Source of the DNA: Bacillota bacterium
Lineage (GTDB): Bacteria; Bacillota; Clostridia; TANB77; CAG-508
Direction of reading: 5' to 3'
DNA length: 64,000 nucleotides
Assembly: GCA_963929915.1 (NCBI GenBank)
Contig: CAWVJY010000008.1
Coordinates: 226,705-290,704 of the forward strand
Shown here: positions 1-12,741 of the stretch, one piece after another
Numbering within the stretch: position 1 is the stretch's first letter
Layout: every line of letters starts with the position of its first letter
Notes under the pieces: generated by a model
What the model was told of the DNA's origin: nothing
What the model saw: the letters and a program-made list of their open reading frames with translations, nothing else
Databases searched by the model: none
Position numbers and translations under genes: made by a program

Positions 1-645
1 TTCTTGTTTGGTATAATAAGAATCTACAACAGTTAGCAAACAAGAAGCTTTTTTTCCTAATTGATGAGCAATATAAAATAAAGCAAAAGCCTCCATTTCA
101 CAAGCAATAATATTTAATTCTTTTGGAAAACGATTAATAAATGCAGGAATATCTGGAAGATAACCGTCAAAACAATCATTACACAAAGTATTTCCTTTTA
201 TATATGGCATAGCAATTTCTTTAGCGGTTTGTTCTATTAGGTCATTTAAAAAAGCATTAGATCCCATTAAATGGCAATCATCTTCTTTCCATTCATAGGC
301 AAAATTACCTTCTGTATAAGACTTATCTACTAAAATGGTGTCAAATAATTTTAAATCCTTGTTATAACTACCACAAGAACCAATACGAATCATATTTTCT
401 ACCCCATAAAATTGAAATAGTTCATAACAATAAATTCCCATACTTGGCATACCCATACCAGAGGAAAAAACAGTAATCTCTTTTCCTTTATAAGTACCTG
501 TATATGCTAACATATTGCGCACCGTGTTTACTAACCTAGCATTTTCTAAAAAGTTTTCGGCAATATATTTAGCACGAAGCGGATCACCTGGAATTAATAC
601 TGTTTTGGCAATATCTTCTTTTTTGGCATTACAATGAATTGACAT
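1..645 (-). CDS. deoD: Purine nucleoside phosphorylase, DeoD type (3' end outside window)
   Basis: Minus-strand ATG at 645 preceded by AGGAGG. Translation MSIHCNAKKEDIAKTVLIPGDPLRAKYIAENFLEN matches the conserved DeoD N-terminus. Confidence 0.85.
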   Translation of the reverse strand, partial: MSIHCNAKKEDIAKTVLIPGDPLRAKYIAENFLENARLVNTVRNMLAYTGTYKGKEITVFSSGMGMPSMGIYCYELFQFYGVENMIRIGSCGSYNKDLKLFDTILVDKSYTEGNFAYEWKEDDCHLMGSNAFLNDLIEQTAKEIAMPYIKGNTLCNDCFDGYLPDIPAFINRFPKELNIIACEMEAFALFYIAHQLGKKASCLLTVVDSYYTKQE

Positions 646-728
646 ATATATGTCCTCCTTTTATAATAGTTAAATTTTTAATAAAGACATTATATAAAAA
701 CAATTAAAAAAAAGCAATGTGTAATTAG

Positions 729-1178
729 TTGATAAAAATAATAAAATATGGTACACTAATTACAGAGGAGGGGATTAAGATTAGTGATTTTGATAAAATA
801 GAATATTGGCTAGAGTTGGCTATTTATGATTTAGAAACAGCTAAAGCAATGTTAAAAAGTAAAAGATATTTATATGTTGGATTTATGTGTAATCAAGTAA
901 TTGAAAAAATGTTTAAGGCGTATTATATAAAAGTAAAAAATGAACCTCCACCATATACACATAAATTAATTAGATTAGCAGAAGAAAGCAATCTTTATAA
1001 AAAAATGACTGAACAGCAAAAAGATTTTTTAGACTTAATAGCACCACTAAATATAGAAGCAAGATATCCTACACAAAAACAAGAAATATTTGAAGCGCTA
1101 AATAAAAAGAAATGTAAGCAAATTATAGATGAAACAGAGGAGATGATATTATGGATAAAACAAAAGTTAAAAATTTAG
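729..1178 (+). CDS. HEPN-domain protein (toxin-like partner of the MNT gene)
   Basis: 149-aa ORF with the HEPN pattern QVIEKMFKAYYI...YTHKLIRLAEE...NIEARYP. It overlaps the next gene by 28 nt. The TTG start is uncertain; the SD GAGGAGG at 765-771 suggests a start near 780. Confidence 0.7.
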   Translation: MIKIIKYGTLITEEGIKISDFDKIEYWLELAIYDLETAKAMLKSKRYLYVGFMCNQVIEKMFKAYYIKVKNEPPPYTHKLIRLAEESNLYKKMTEQQKDFLDLIAPLNIEARYPTQKQEIFEALNKKKCKQIIDETEEMILWIKQKLKI

Positions 1179-1465
1179 TTGAAGAATATGCTAAACTTGT
1201 TGTAAAAAATATGATTGTGAATAAAATAATCTTATATGGTTCTTATGCAAGAGGAGATTATAGACAAGATAGTGATATTGATGTGGCAGTTGTAGTGCCA
1301 AAAAATAGTGTATCAAAAGATATTCTAGAAGATATGGCTAAATTGTTTAAATTAAGAAGAAATATATCTACAGATATCGAACCAGTATTACTTATAGATG
1401 GGGAAGATAAAAGTGGATTCTTAGAAAGTATTTCTAAATATGGAGAAATTATATACTCAAGGTAA
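1151..1465 (+). CDS. Minimal nucleotidyltransferase (MNT, antitoxin-like)
   Basis: LYGSYARGDYRQDSDIDVAVVV is the GS-x(n)-DxD polymerase-beta-type nucleotidyltransferase motif. It overlaps the HEPN gene. Confidence 0.8.
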   Translation: MDKTKVKNLVEEYAKLVVKNMIVNKIILYGSYARGDYRQDSDIDVAVVVPKNSVSKDILEDMAKLFKLRRNISTDIEPVLLIDGEDKSGFLESISKYGEIIYSR

Positions 1466-1501
1466 TTTAGGAAAAATTGACAACCGCTTTTCAATAATAT
1501 T

Positions 1502-2696
1502 TATAAATGGTAAAATTAAATTACCGTTTTAAGATAAATAAAAAGACACATAATTAAAACTTATGATACAATGTTGGTGTCGAATCAAACATTGAAAGGA
1601 AGAATTAATTATGTGTCAAGAAAATAATACCACAAAAAGTAGAAAAGGTAAACACTTAGAATATAGTGAAAGACAATCAATAGAAAGATGGTGGAATAGA
1701 GATAAACGTACAAAACTTGAAATAGCTGAACTTTTAGATAGAACAGAAAAGACAATAAGGAATGAAATAAAAAGAGGATTAGTAAAAAATCTAACAACGG
1801 AATTAATTGAAATATGGGTATATAGTGCAGATGTAGCACAGCAAAAATATGAATATTATTTAAAAGCAAAAGGACCAAAGTTAAAAATAGATAATGATTA
1901 TGAATTAAAAGAATATGTTGAAAAAGCTATAAAAGAAGATAAAAAGTCACCAGAAGTAATAGCAAAAGAGATAAAAACAATGAATTTTAAAACAAAAATG
2001 TGTGCAAGAACAATTAGAAATAATATATATGCAGGAGATATTTATGATATAAAATCAAGCGATATGATTTACAACAAAGAATATAAGGAAAAAAATAAAG
2101 AAAAGACAGTATGCGAAAAAGTACCAGCAGAAAAGAGTATAGATTATAGACCAGAAGAAGCTAATAGTAGAGAAATATATGGACATTGGGAAGGAGATTT
2201 AGTAATAGGAACTAAAAAAAGAGGTTCAGTATTATTTACTTTAACTGAAAGAAAGACAAGGGAAGAAATAATCGTAAAGCTACCCGGAAAGAAAGCAGAA
2301 TATGTAGCAAAAGCATTAGATATAATAGAAAAGAAATATAAAAAAATATTTTATAATAAATTTAAAACTATAACTTTTGATAATGGTGGAGAATTTAGAA
2401 ATTGGAAGGCTTTAGAGAAATCTTATGATAATCGAAGAAAAAAGGCTAGAACACAAATATATTATGCCCATCCATATCGTTCAGGAGAACGAGGAAGTAA
2501 TGAAAATGCTAATAGATTAATAAGAAGGTTTATACCAAAAGGAATTGATATAACACCAATATCAGAAGAATTTATACAAAAAATAGAAGATTGGATAAAT
2601 AATTATCCAAGAGCTATGTTTAATTATAAAAGTACCAACGAAATCTTAAGTGAAATTTGTGCATAATAAACCGGAAATTTATTATTGCCATTTATA
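1502..2696 (+). mobile_element. IS30-family insertion sequence (1195 bp)
   Basis: Imperfect terminal inverted repeats TATAAATGGTAAAATTAAATTACCG (1502-1526) and CCGGAAATTTATTATTGCCATTTATA (2671-2696). Flanked by perfect direct repeats TTTTCAATAATATT at 1488-1501 and 2697-2710. Confidence 0.85.
1611..2666 (+). CDS. IS30-family DDE transposase
   Basis: 351 aa with HWEGDLVIG, TFDNGGEF and YYAHPYRSGERGSNENANRLIRRFIPKG, all typical of IS30 transposases. Confidence 0.9.
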   Translation: MCQENNTTKSRKGKHLEYSERQSIERWWNRDKRTKLEIAELLDRTEKTIRNEIKRGLVKNLTTELIEIWVYSADVAQQKYEYYLKAKGPKLKIDNDYELKEYVEKAIKEDKKSPEVIAKEIKTMNFKTKMCARTIRNNIYAGDIYDIKSSDMIYNKEYKEKNKEKTVCEKVPAEKSIDYRPEEANSREIYGHWEGDLVIGTKKRGSVLFTLTERKTREEIIVKLPGKKAEYVAKALDIIEKKYKKIFYNKFKTITFDNGGEFRNWKALEKSYDNRRKKARTQIYYAHPYRSGERGSNENANRLIRRFIPKGIDITPISEEFIQKIEDWINNYPRAMFNYKSTNEILSEICA

Positions 2697-2721
2697 TTTT
2701 CAATAATATTGAATAAAAATC

Positions 2722-4450
<1,729 letters not shown>

Positions 4451-4476
4451 GATTTAATAACTTAATTAACACTATT

Positions 4477-4535
4477 AGAAAACAAGACTGTTCTAAAAAT
4501 AAATTTAGTCTGATTTTAGAATAGTCTTGTTTTCT
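4477..4535. terminator. Long-arm bidirectional terminator hairpin
   Basis: AGAAAACAAGACTGTTCTAAAA (4477-4498) pairs with TTTTAGAATAGTCTTGTTTTCT (4514-4535), 21 of 22 bp with a 15-nt loop. It lies between the convergent pyrG and relB-like genes. Confidence 0.75.
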
Positions 4536-4587
4536 GACTAAAATAAATCTGCATGAGTTCCAGCATTTCAATTTTATATTTATTCAT
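4516..4587 (-). pseudogene. Possible truncated RelE/YafQ-type toxin remnant (23 codons)
   Basis: An ATG overlaps the antitoxin stop (ATGAATAA). It encodes MNKYKIEMLELMQIYFSQKTRLF and terminates inside the terminator arm. Confidence 0.3.
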
Positions 4588-4867
4588 CTTGGCTATTTAA
4601 TTCCTCCATTAATTCATCAACAGTGTTAAAAGATTTATAATTTTCTGGATTTTTAATCATTTCTAATGTTTCTTTAATAGCTTCGATAGTTTCTTTATTA
4701 TATTTAGGCTTTTTTATATCAAAAGGAATACTTTCGGTTAATACAACTTGTTTCAAAAAGATAGTTACAGCATCAGCTATATTCATTCCTAAATCATTAA
4801 GGGTTTCTTCTACTTCTTTTTTTAATTCTGGTTCTATTCTAATATTTATGGTATCAGTTTTAGACAT
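4580..4867 (-). CDS. RelB/DinJ-family antitoxin (ribbon-helix-helix)
   Basis: MSKTDTINIRIEPELKKEVEETLNDLGMNIADAVTIFLKQVV is typical of DinJ/RelB. An SD GGAGGTG precedes ATG 4867. Confidence 0.8.
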   Translation of the reverse strand: MSKTDTINIRIEPELKKEVEETLNDLGMNIADAVTIFLKQVVLTESIPFDIKKPKYNKETIEAIKETLEMIKNPENYKSFNTVDELMEELNSQDE

Positions 4868-5080
4868 TTTTAACACCTCCTATCTTAATTCATTTATATT
4901 GTAACACAATGTAAGTACAATGTCAATTATATTTTATTAGTTTTCCCATAAAAAAGTTACATTATACAAAAATATTTTTTATTTAAAATGATTTTATAAT
5001 CATTTGAGACGCTTGTGAAAATGGTTAACTGCAAAAGTAAATTACAATTGTGAAAATTATGTGAAATTTTAAAATAGTAC

Positions 5081-5108
5081 TTGACAATTAGAATAAATGG
5101 GTATAAAT
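5081..5108 (+). promoter_or_regulatory. Putative sigma-A promoter of groESL
   Basis: TTGACA at 5081-5086 and a -10-like ATAAAT at 5103-5108 (16-nt spacer), immediately upstream of CIRCE. Confidence 0.6.
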
Positions 5109-5110
5109 TA

Positions 5111-5137
5111 TTAGCAGTCTTACAAAAAGACTGCTAA
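5111..5137 (+). promoter_or_regulatory. CIRCE operator (HrcA binding site)
   Basis: TTAGCAGTC-N9-GACTGCTAA against the consensus TTAGCACTC-N9-GAGTGCTAA. Perfect inverted repeat, 75 bp upstream of groES. Confidence 0.9.
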
Positions 5138-5169
5138 TTTAAATAAAAAAAACTAATAAAACAGTTTAA

Positions 5170-5493
<324 letters not shown>

Positions 5494-5584
5494 AAAAGTA
5501 AGAATAAAAAATAGATAATCTTAAATAATCTATAAATTTTGTAGATTAGATGAATAATTGATAAAAATAAAAAAAGATTGATAA

Positions 5585-7237
<1,653 letters not shown>

Positions 7238-7268
7238 TATAAGTATTAGTTAAGATAGAAATAGTTTT

Positions 7269-7313
7269 GGGACGTATTTTAAAACGGATTTCGTTTTAGA
7301 ATACGTCCTTTTT
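7269..7313 (+). terminator. Rho-independent terminator after groEL
   Basis: GGACGTATTTTAAAACG pairs with CGTTTTAGAATACGTCC, followed by TTTTT. Confidence 0.75.
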
Positions 7314-7337
7314 CGAGTTCTACTTTAACCAAAAAAA

Positions 7338-7420
7338 GAATTTTGTGAAAAAATACTATAAAAATATATGGAATTTTGTGAAAAAACAATTGAATATACC
7401 TGGAATTTTGTGATATAATA
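7338..7420 (+). repeat. Three phased GAATTTTGTGA repeats; the last overlaps an extended -10
   Basis: GAATTTTGTGA at 7338, 7371 and 7403 (spacing 33 and 32 bp). The third copy reads TGTGATATAAT. Confidence 0.6.
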
Positions 7421-7441
7421 TACATAGGATGGTGATGAGAA

Positions 7442-8782
7442 ATGGAATTACTAAAAAGAAAAGTAGATAAATATTTAGAAGAATGGAAGGAAAGTCCAGA
7501 TAGAAAACCTTTAATTATAAAAGGTGCACGTCAAGTAGGAAAAACAGAATCCATTAGAAACTTTGCTAAGAATAATTATAAAAGTGTTATTGAAATTAAT
7601 TTTGCTCTTCAAAAACAATATAAAGATATTTTTGATGATGGATTTGAAGTAGATACAATTATAAAAAATATTTCATTAAGAAATCCAAACTATGAGTTTA
7701 TACCAGGGAATACTTTAATATTTTTTGATGAATTACAGGATTGTATTAATTGTGCAACATCCTTAAAATCATTTAGAGAAGATGGAAGATATGATATTAT
7801 TTGCTCAGGTTCGCTTATGGAAATTAATTATAATGAAATTGAATCAAATAGTGTAGGAAATAAAGAAGATTACGAAATGAATTCAATGGATTTTGAAGAA
7901 TTTCTTTGGGCAAAAGGGTATAGGGAAGAACAAATAGAAGACTTATATGTACATATGAAAAATTTAACACCACTTTCTAACACAGAACTTTCCATTATGT
8001 TTGAGAACTTTAAAGAATATATGATAGTAGGAGGAATGCCTGCTATTGTTAACTCTTTTGTAAAACAGAATAATTATAGTGGAACATTAAAAATGCAAAA
8101 ACAAATTCTTCAAGATTATGAAGAAGATATTACTAAATATGCAGGGGGATTAGACCATGCAAAAATTTTAAATGTGTATCGTAAAATACCTATATTTTTA
8201 GGAAATGAAAATAAAAAATTTCAAATTTCAAAAATCGAAACAGGTGCCAGAAATCGTGAATATATAGGAACAATAGACTGGTTAAGAGATAGTGGAATTA
8301 TTAATATTTGTTATTGTTTAGAACAGCCAGAACTTCCACTAGGTGGAAACTTTAATCCAGATAATTATCGTATTTACTTTAGAGATACAGGATTATTAAT
8401 TGGTTCACTAGACGAAGAAGCGCAAGAGGATTTAAGAAACAACAAAAATTTTAATACCTATAAAGGGGCTATTTATGAAAATATTATAGGAGATATGCTA
8501 GTAAAACAAGGATATCAACTATATTTTTATAAAAACGAAAAAGCTACAATAGAAATGGATTTTTTTGTTAGAGATAAAGACTCTCTTATTCCAGTTGAAG
8601 TAAAAGCCAATGATGGCGCTACCGTTTCCTTAAGAAACTTAATTGAAAGTGAAAAATATAAAGATATTAAGTATGGAATAAAGCTAGGATATAAAAATAT
8701 AGGATTTAATGGACAATTTTATACATTTCCGTATTTTTTAACTTTCCTTCTAAAAAGATATTTAAGAGAAAAAACGATATAA
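7442..8782 (+). CDS. AAA-family ATPase (ATPase plus DUF4143-like architecture)
   Basis: Walker A GARQVGKT and Walker B-like LIFFDELQ. Size and layout are typical of orphan AAA/DUF4143 ATPases. Confidence 0.75.
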   Translation: MELLKRKVDKYLEEWKESPDRKPLIIKGARQVGKTESIRNFAKNNYKSVIEINFALQKQYKDIFDDGFEVDTIIKNISLRNPNYEFIPGNTLIFFDELQDCINCATSLKSFREDGRYDIICSGSLMEINYNEIESNSVGNKEDYEMNSMDFEEFLWAKGYREEQIEDLYVHMKNLTPLSNTELSIMFENFKEYMIVGGMPAIVNSFVKQNNYSGTLKMQKQILQDYEEDITKYAGGLDHAKILNVYRKIPIFLGNENKKFQISKIETGARNREYIGTIDWLRDSGIINICYCLEQPELPLGGNFNPDNYRIYFRDTGLLIGSLDEEAQEDLRNNKNFNTYKGAIYENIIGDMLVKQGYQLYFYKNEKATIEMDFFVRDKDSLIPVEVKANDGATVSLRNLIESEKYKDIKYGIKLGYKNIGFNGQFYTFPYFLTFLLKRYLREKTI

Positions 8783-8827
8783 AATGATTAGTTATAAAAA
8801 ATAAAATTGCTGAAAGGTAGTAATTAT

Positions 8828-10262
8828 ATGCAAAATAAAAACATAAAAACAGTTGCTTTTTACACATTAGGTTGTAAAGTAAATCAATACGAAACAAATG
8901 CAATGATGCAAAAATTAAAAGAAGTAGGATTCGAAATAGTAGATTTTGAACGAAAAGCAGATATCTATATTATTAATACTTGTACTGTAACTAACATGGC
9001 AGATAAAAAATCTAGGCAAATGTTAAGAAGAGTAAAAGAAGTATCACCAAATTCTATTTTAGTTGCAGTAGGTTGTTATGCACAAGTGGCAAAACAAGAA
9101 TTAGAAAAAATACCAGAAATAGATTTAATATTAGGAATTAATGAAAAAAATGATATTGTGTGGTATGTAGAAAAAGCAATACAAGAAAAGACGAGCAAAA
9201 AAGAGAAAAAAATTGAAAGAGAAAAAGAAAATGAAACAAATAAAATAACTAGCAAAAAAAGCATAGATAACAAGGATTCTAGCTCTAGTCAGAAAAGTAA
9301 AATTGATATTGTAAATGTTTCCAATGTAGCAAACCAAAAAGAGTTTCTAGACTTTGGAAATGTTACCTACACAGAAAAAACAAGAGCAGTCATCAAAGTA
9401 CAAGATGGGTGTAACCAGTTCTGTTCCTATTGCATTATACCTTATGCCAGAGGTCGTATTAGAAGTAGAGAGCCACAAAGTGTTATTCAAGAAATTACTG
9501 CAATTAGCAAACAAGGTATTAAAGAAGTAGTTATTACTGGAATTCACTTAGCCTCTTATGGAAAAGATTTTGACCGGAGAACGACAAGAATATAGATTAA
9601 TTGATTTATTAGAAGAAATCCAAAAAATAGATGGAATTGAAAGAATTCGTTTGGGTTCCTTAGAGCCTACGTTAATTACAGAAGAATTTGTAACAAGACT
9701 TTCCAAACTTTCTAAAATCTGTGACCATTTTCATTTATCTTTACAAAGTGGATGTAATGAAACATTAAAAAGAATGAATCGAAAATATACTACTGAAATT
9801 TTTGAAAAAGGAGTAGAGATTTTAAGAAACACATATCCAAATGTACACTTAACAACAGATATTATTGTAGGCTTTCCAGGAGAAACAGAAGAAGAGTTTC
9901 AAACAACTTATGAATTCCTAAAGAAAATACAGTTCTATAAAATGCATGTTTTTAAATATTCTCCAAGAAAAGGAACAGTAGCTGCAAAAATGCCAAACCA
10001 AATAGATGGCAATAAAAAAGAAGAAAGAAGCAATTTACTAATAGAACTTTCAAACAAAAATGAACTTGCCTATAACCAAGAATATTTAGGCAAAATAGTA
10101 GAGGTTTTGTTGGAAGATAGAGAAGGTAAATACATAAAAGGTCATACCACAAATTACATGGTAGTAAAAGTACAAACAGAACAAGAACTAGAAAATACCA
10201 TACAAAATATAAAAATTACAGGTTTGGATGGAGTAGAACTAGTTGGAAGAATTGAATTATAA
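8828..10262 (+). CDS. mtaB: tRNA methylthiotransferase MtaB-like (radical SAM), reading frame broken near 9577
   Basis: TVAFYTLGCKVNQYETNAM (MTTase N-domain), the radical-SAM CNQFCSYCIIPYARG, and a TRAM-like C-terminus. The two track ORFs (8807-9595, 9558-10262) are consecutive parts of one protein. Confidence 0.85.
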
Positions 10263-10449
10263 TAAGAAAAATCAGTAAACAAATTAGCTGGAAAAAATAT
10301 GCTATAAATATTGAAAAACAACCATAAAAATGATATGATAACAATACAGTGAAAACAGAAAGGAGAATTTGCTCTAGATACTTAAAAATTACTTGGTATC
10401 AAAAACAAAAAGAAGAAGTATAAAAAAGTCTAGTACAAATAAAATAACA

Positions 10450-12207
10450 ATGAAAGCAATTGAAATTAGAAATACCTATTTAAAATTTTTTGAAAAACAT
10501 GGACACAAAATTATTCCAAGTGCACCATTAATACCAGAAAACGACCCATCTGTATTATTCACCACAGCAGGTATGCAACCTTTAGTACCATACCTTTTAG
10601 GGGAAACTCATCCAGAAGGAAAACGTCTTACAGACTATCAAAAATGTTTAAGAACCAATGATATTGATGAAGTTGGAGATAATAGACATTTAACCTATTT
10701 TGAAATGTTAGGAAATTGGTCTTTAGGAGATTATTTTAAAGAAGAAGCAATAACTATGAGTTATGAGCTATTAACCAAAGAATTTGGCATTGACCCTAAC
10801 AAATTATCTGTAACCTGTTTTGCAGGTGATGAAGATGCACCAAGAGATGAGGTGGCAGCAAATGCTTGGAAAAAAGCAGGAATTCCAGAAGAAAGAATTT
10901 ATTTTTATGGTAAAGATGATAACTGGTGGATAGCAGGAGAAGAAGGACCTTGTGGTCCAGATACAGAAATGTATTTAGATACAGGTAAGCCTGCTTGTGG
11001 ACCAGATTGCCAGCCTTCTTGTAGCTGTGGAAAGTATGTAGAAATTTGGAATAATGTATTTATGGAATATTATAAATCCAAAGATGGGTCTATTTCTAAA
11101 TTAAAACAACAAAATGTAGATACTGGTCTTGGACTAGAAAGAATGACAATGCTTTTGCAAGGAAAAGAAACTCCATTTGATACAGAAATATTTTTACCAA
11201 TTATGGAAAAATTAAAAGAACTTGCAAAACAAGATTCTATAGAAAGTAGAAGAATTGTAGCAGAACACTTACGTGCAAGTATTATGGTTATTGCAGATGG
11301 CGGAAAACCAAGCAATATAGACCGTGGTTATGTATTAAGAAAACTAATTAGAAGAATGACAAGACATTTAAATAAATTACAAATAAATTTAGAGGAACTA
11401 GGAAACTTAATTGATTTATACATAGATACTTTGCAAGAGCTATATCCAGAATTACAATCTAAAAAAGACATGATTAAGCAAACTATTATAGAAGAAAAAA
11501 ACAAATTTATGAAGACTTTATCTCATGGAGAAAAGGAATTTGAAAAAGTAGTAGCTAAAGCAAAACAAGAGAATAAAACCATGATAGATGGGTATACTAT
11601 TTTCAAATTATATGAAACTTATGGTTTCCCTCCAGAAATTACAACAGATTTAGCAAAAGAGCAAGGATTTACTGTAGATTTATCTGAATTTGATAAACTA
11701 TTTAAAGAACATCAAGAAAAATCTAGACAAGGTAGTGAATTAAAATTCAAAGGAGGACTTGCAGAACAAAATGAGCAAACAATAGCTTACCATACTGCAA
11801 CCCACCTTTTACATAAAGCTTTACAAATTGTATTAGGAGATCATGCAAAACAATGTGGTTCTAATATTACTACAGAAAGATTAAGATTTGACTTTACTCA
11901 TCCAGAAAAAATGACAAAAGAACAATTACAACAAGTAGAAAATTTGGTAAATGAACAAATTAAACGTGACTTGCCAGTAACTTGTGAAGAAATGACTTTA
12001 GAAGAAGCAAAAGCATCTGGTGCAACAGGTTTATTTGAAAATAAATATGGAGAAAAAGTAAAGGTATATACAATTGGAGATTTTAGTAAAGAAATTTGTG
12101 GTGGACCTCATGTTACCCATACAGGAGAGTTAGGACATTTTAAAATAAAAAAAGAAGAATCTAGTTCAGCAGGAGTAAGGAGAATTAAGGCTATTTTAGA
12201 AAAATAG
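10450..12207 (+). CDS. alaS: Alanine--tRNA ligase, short form lacking the C-Ala domain
   Basis: MKAIEIRNTYLKFFEKHGHKIIPSAPL, FTTAGMQ and WNNVFMEY, plus the editing-domain motifs HTATHLLH and CGGPHV. It ends right after GVRRIKAILEK. The start could instead be TTG 10393. Confidence 0.85.
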   Translation: MKAIEIRNTYLKFFEKHGHKIIPSAPLIPENDPSVLFTTAGMQPLVPYLLGETHPEGKRLTDYQKCLRTNDIDEVGDNRHLTYFEMLGNWSLGDYFKEEAITMSYELLTKEFGIDPNKLSVTCFAGDEDAPRDEVAANAWKKAGIPEERIYFYGKDDNWWIAGEEGPCGPDTEMYLDTGKPACGPDCQPSCSCGKYVEIWNNVFMEYYKSKDGSISKLKQQNVDTGLGLERMTMLLQGKETPFDTEIFLPIMEKLKELAKQDSIESRRIVAEHLRASIMVIADGGKPSNIDRGYVLRKLIRRMTRHLNKLQINLEELGNLIDLYIDTLQELYPELQSKKDMIKQTIIEEKNKFMKTLSHGEKEFEKVVAKAKQENKTMIDGYTIFKLYETYGFPPEITTDLAKEQGFTVDLSEFDKLFKEHQEKSRQGSELKFKGGLAEQNEQTIAYHTATHLLHKALQIVLGDHAKQCGSNITTERLRFDFTHPEKMTKEQLQQVENLVNEQIKRDLPVTCEEMTLEEAKASGATGLFENKYGEKVKVYTIGDFSKEICGGPHVTHTGELGHFKIKKEESSSAGVRRIKAILEK

Positions 12208-12321
12208 ATGTATTCTGAATCATTATTTATAAATGTTACTCTATAACTTAAAGAATATAAATGTAATACATTAATTAAATAAAAGATGAAAAATAATATA
12301 AAAAGAAAGGGATTTATAAAA

Positions 12322-12669
12322 ATGGAAGATTGTGTTTTTTGTAAAATTATAAAGGGAGAAATTCCTTCAGAAAAAGTATATGAAGATGATGAAATTTTAG
12401 CATTTAAAGATATTAATCCAGCAGCACCTATCCATGTTTTAATTATTCCTAAAAAACATATAGCTACTCTATTAGATATTTCTGATGAAGATAGTGCTTT
12501 AATGGGAAAAATGATGAAAGTAGTTCAAAAACTTGCTAAACAATTAGGTATAGAAGAAAAAGGATTTCGCTTAATTGCAAATTGTGGACCAGATTCTGGA
12601 CAAGAAGTAATGCATATTCATTTTCACCTATTGGCAGGAAGACCTATGGGACCTAAAATTATCTCATAA
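12322..12669 (+). CDS. HIT-family (HinT-like) nucleotide hydrolase
   Basis: CVFCKII...HIHFHLL histidine-triad motif. Confidence 0.9.
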   Translation: MEDCVFCKIIKGEIPSEKVYEDDEILAFKDINPAAPIHVLIIPKKHIATLLDISDEDSALMGKMMKVVQKLAKQLGIEEKGFRLIANCGPDSGQEVMHIHFHLLAGRPMGPKIIS

Positions 12670-12741
12670 ACCTATAGATTATCTTACAAAAATGTGCTAT
12701 AATAATAATTGTAAGATAAATGTTGATAGGAGGAAATACAA

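Noticed and set aside
10263-10449. T-box riboswitch upstream of alaS
   Set aside because: The leader is only about 120 nt from the putative promoter. It lacks the T-box consensus (AANNNGGGTGGTACCGCG-like), a specifier-loop architecture and a terminator/antiterminator pair.
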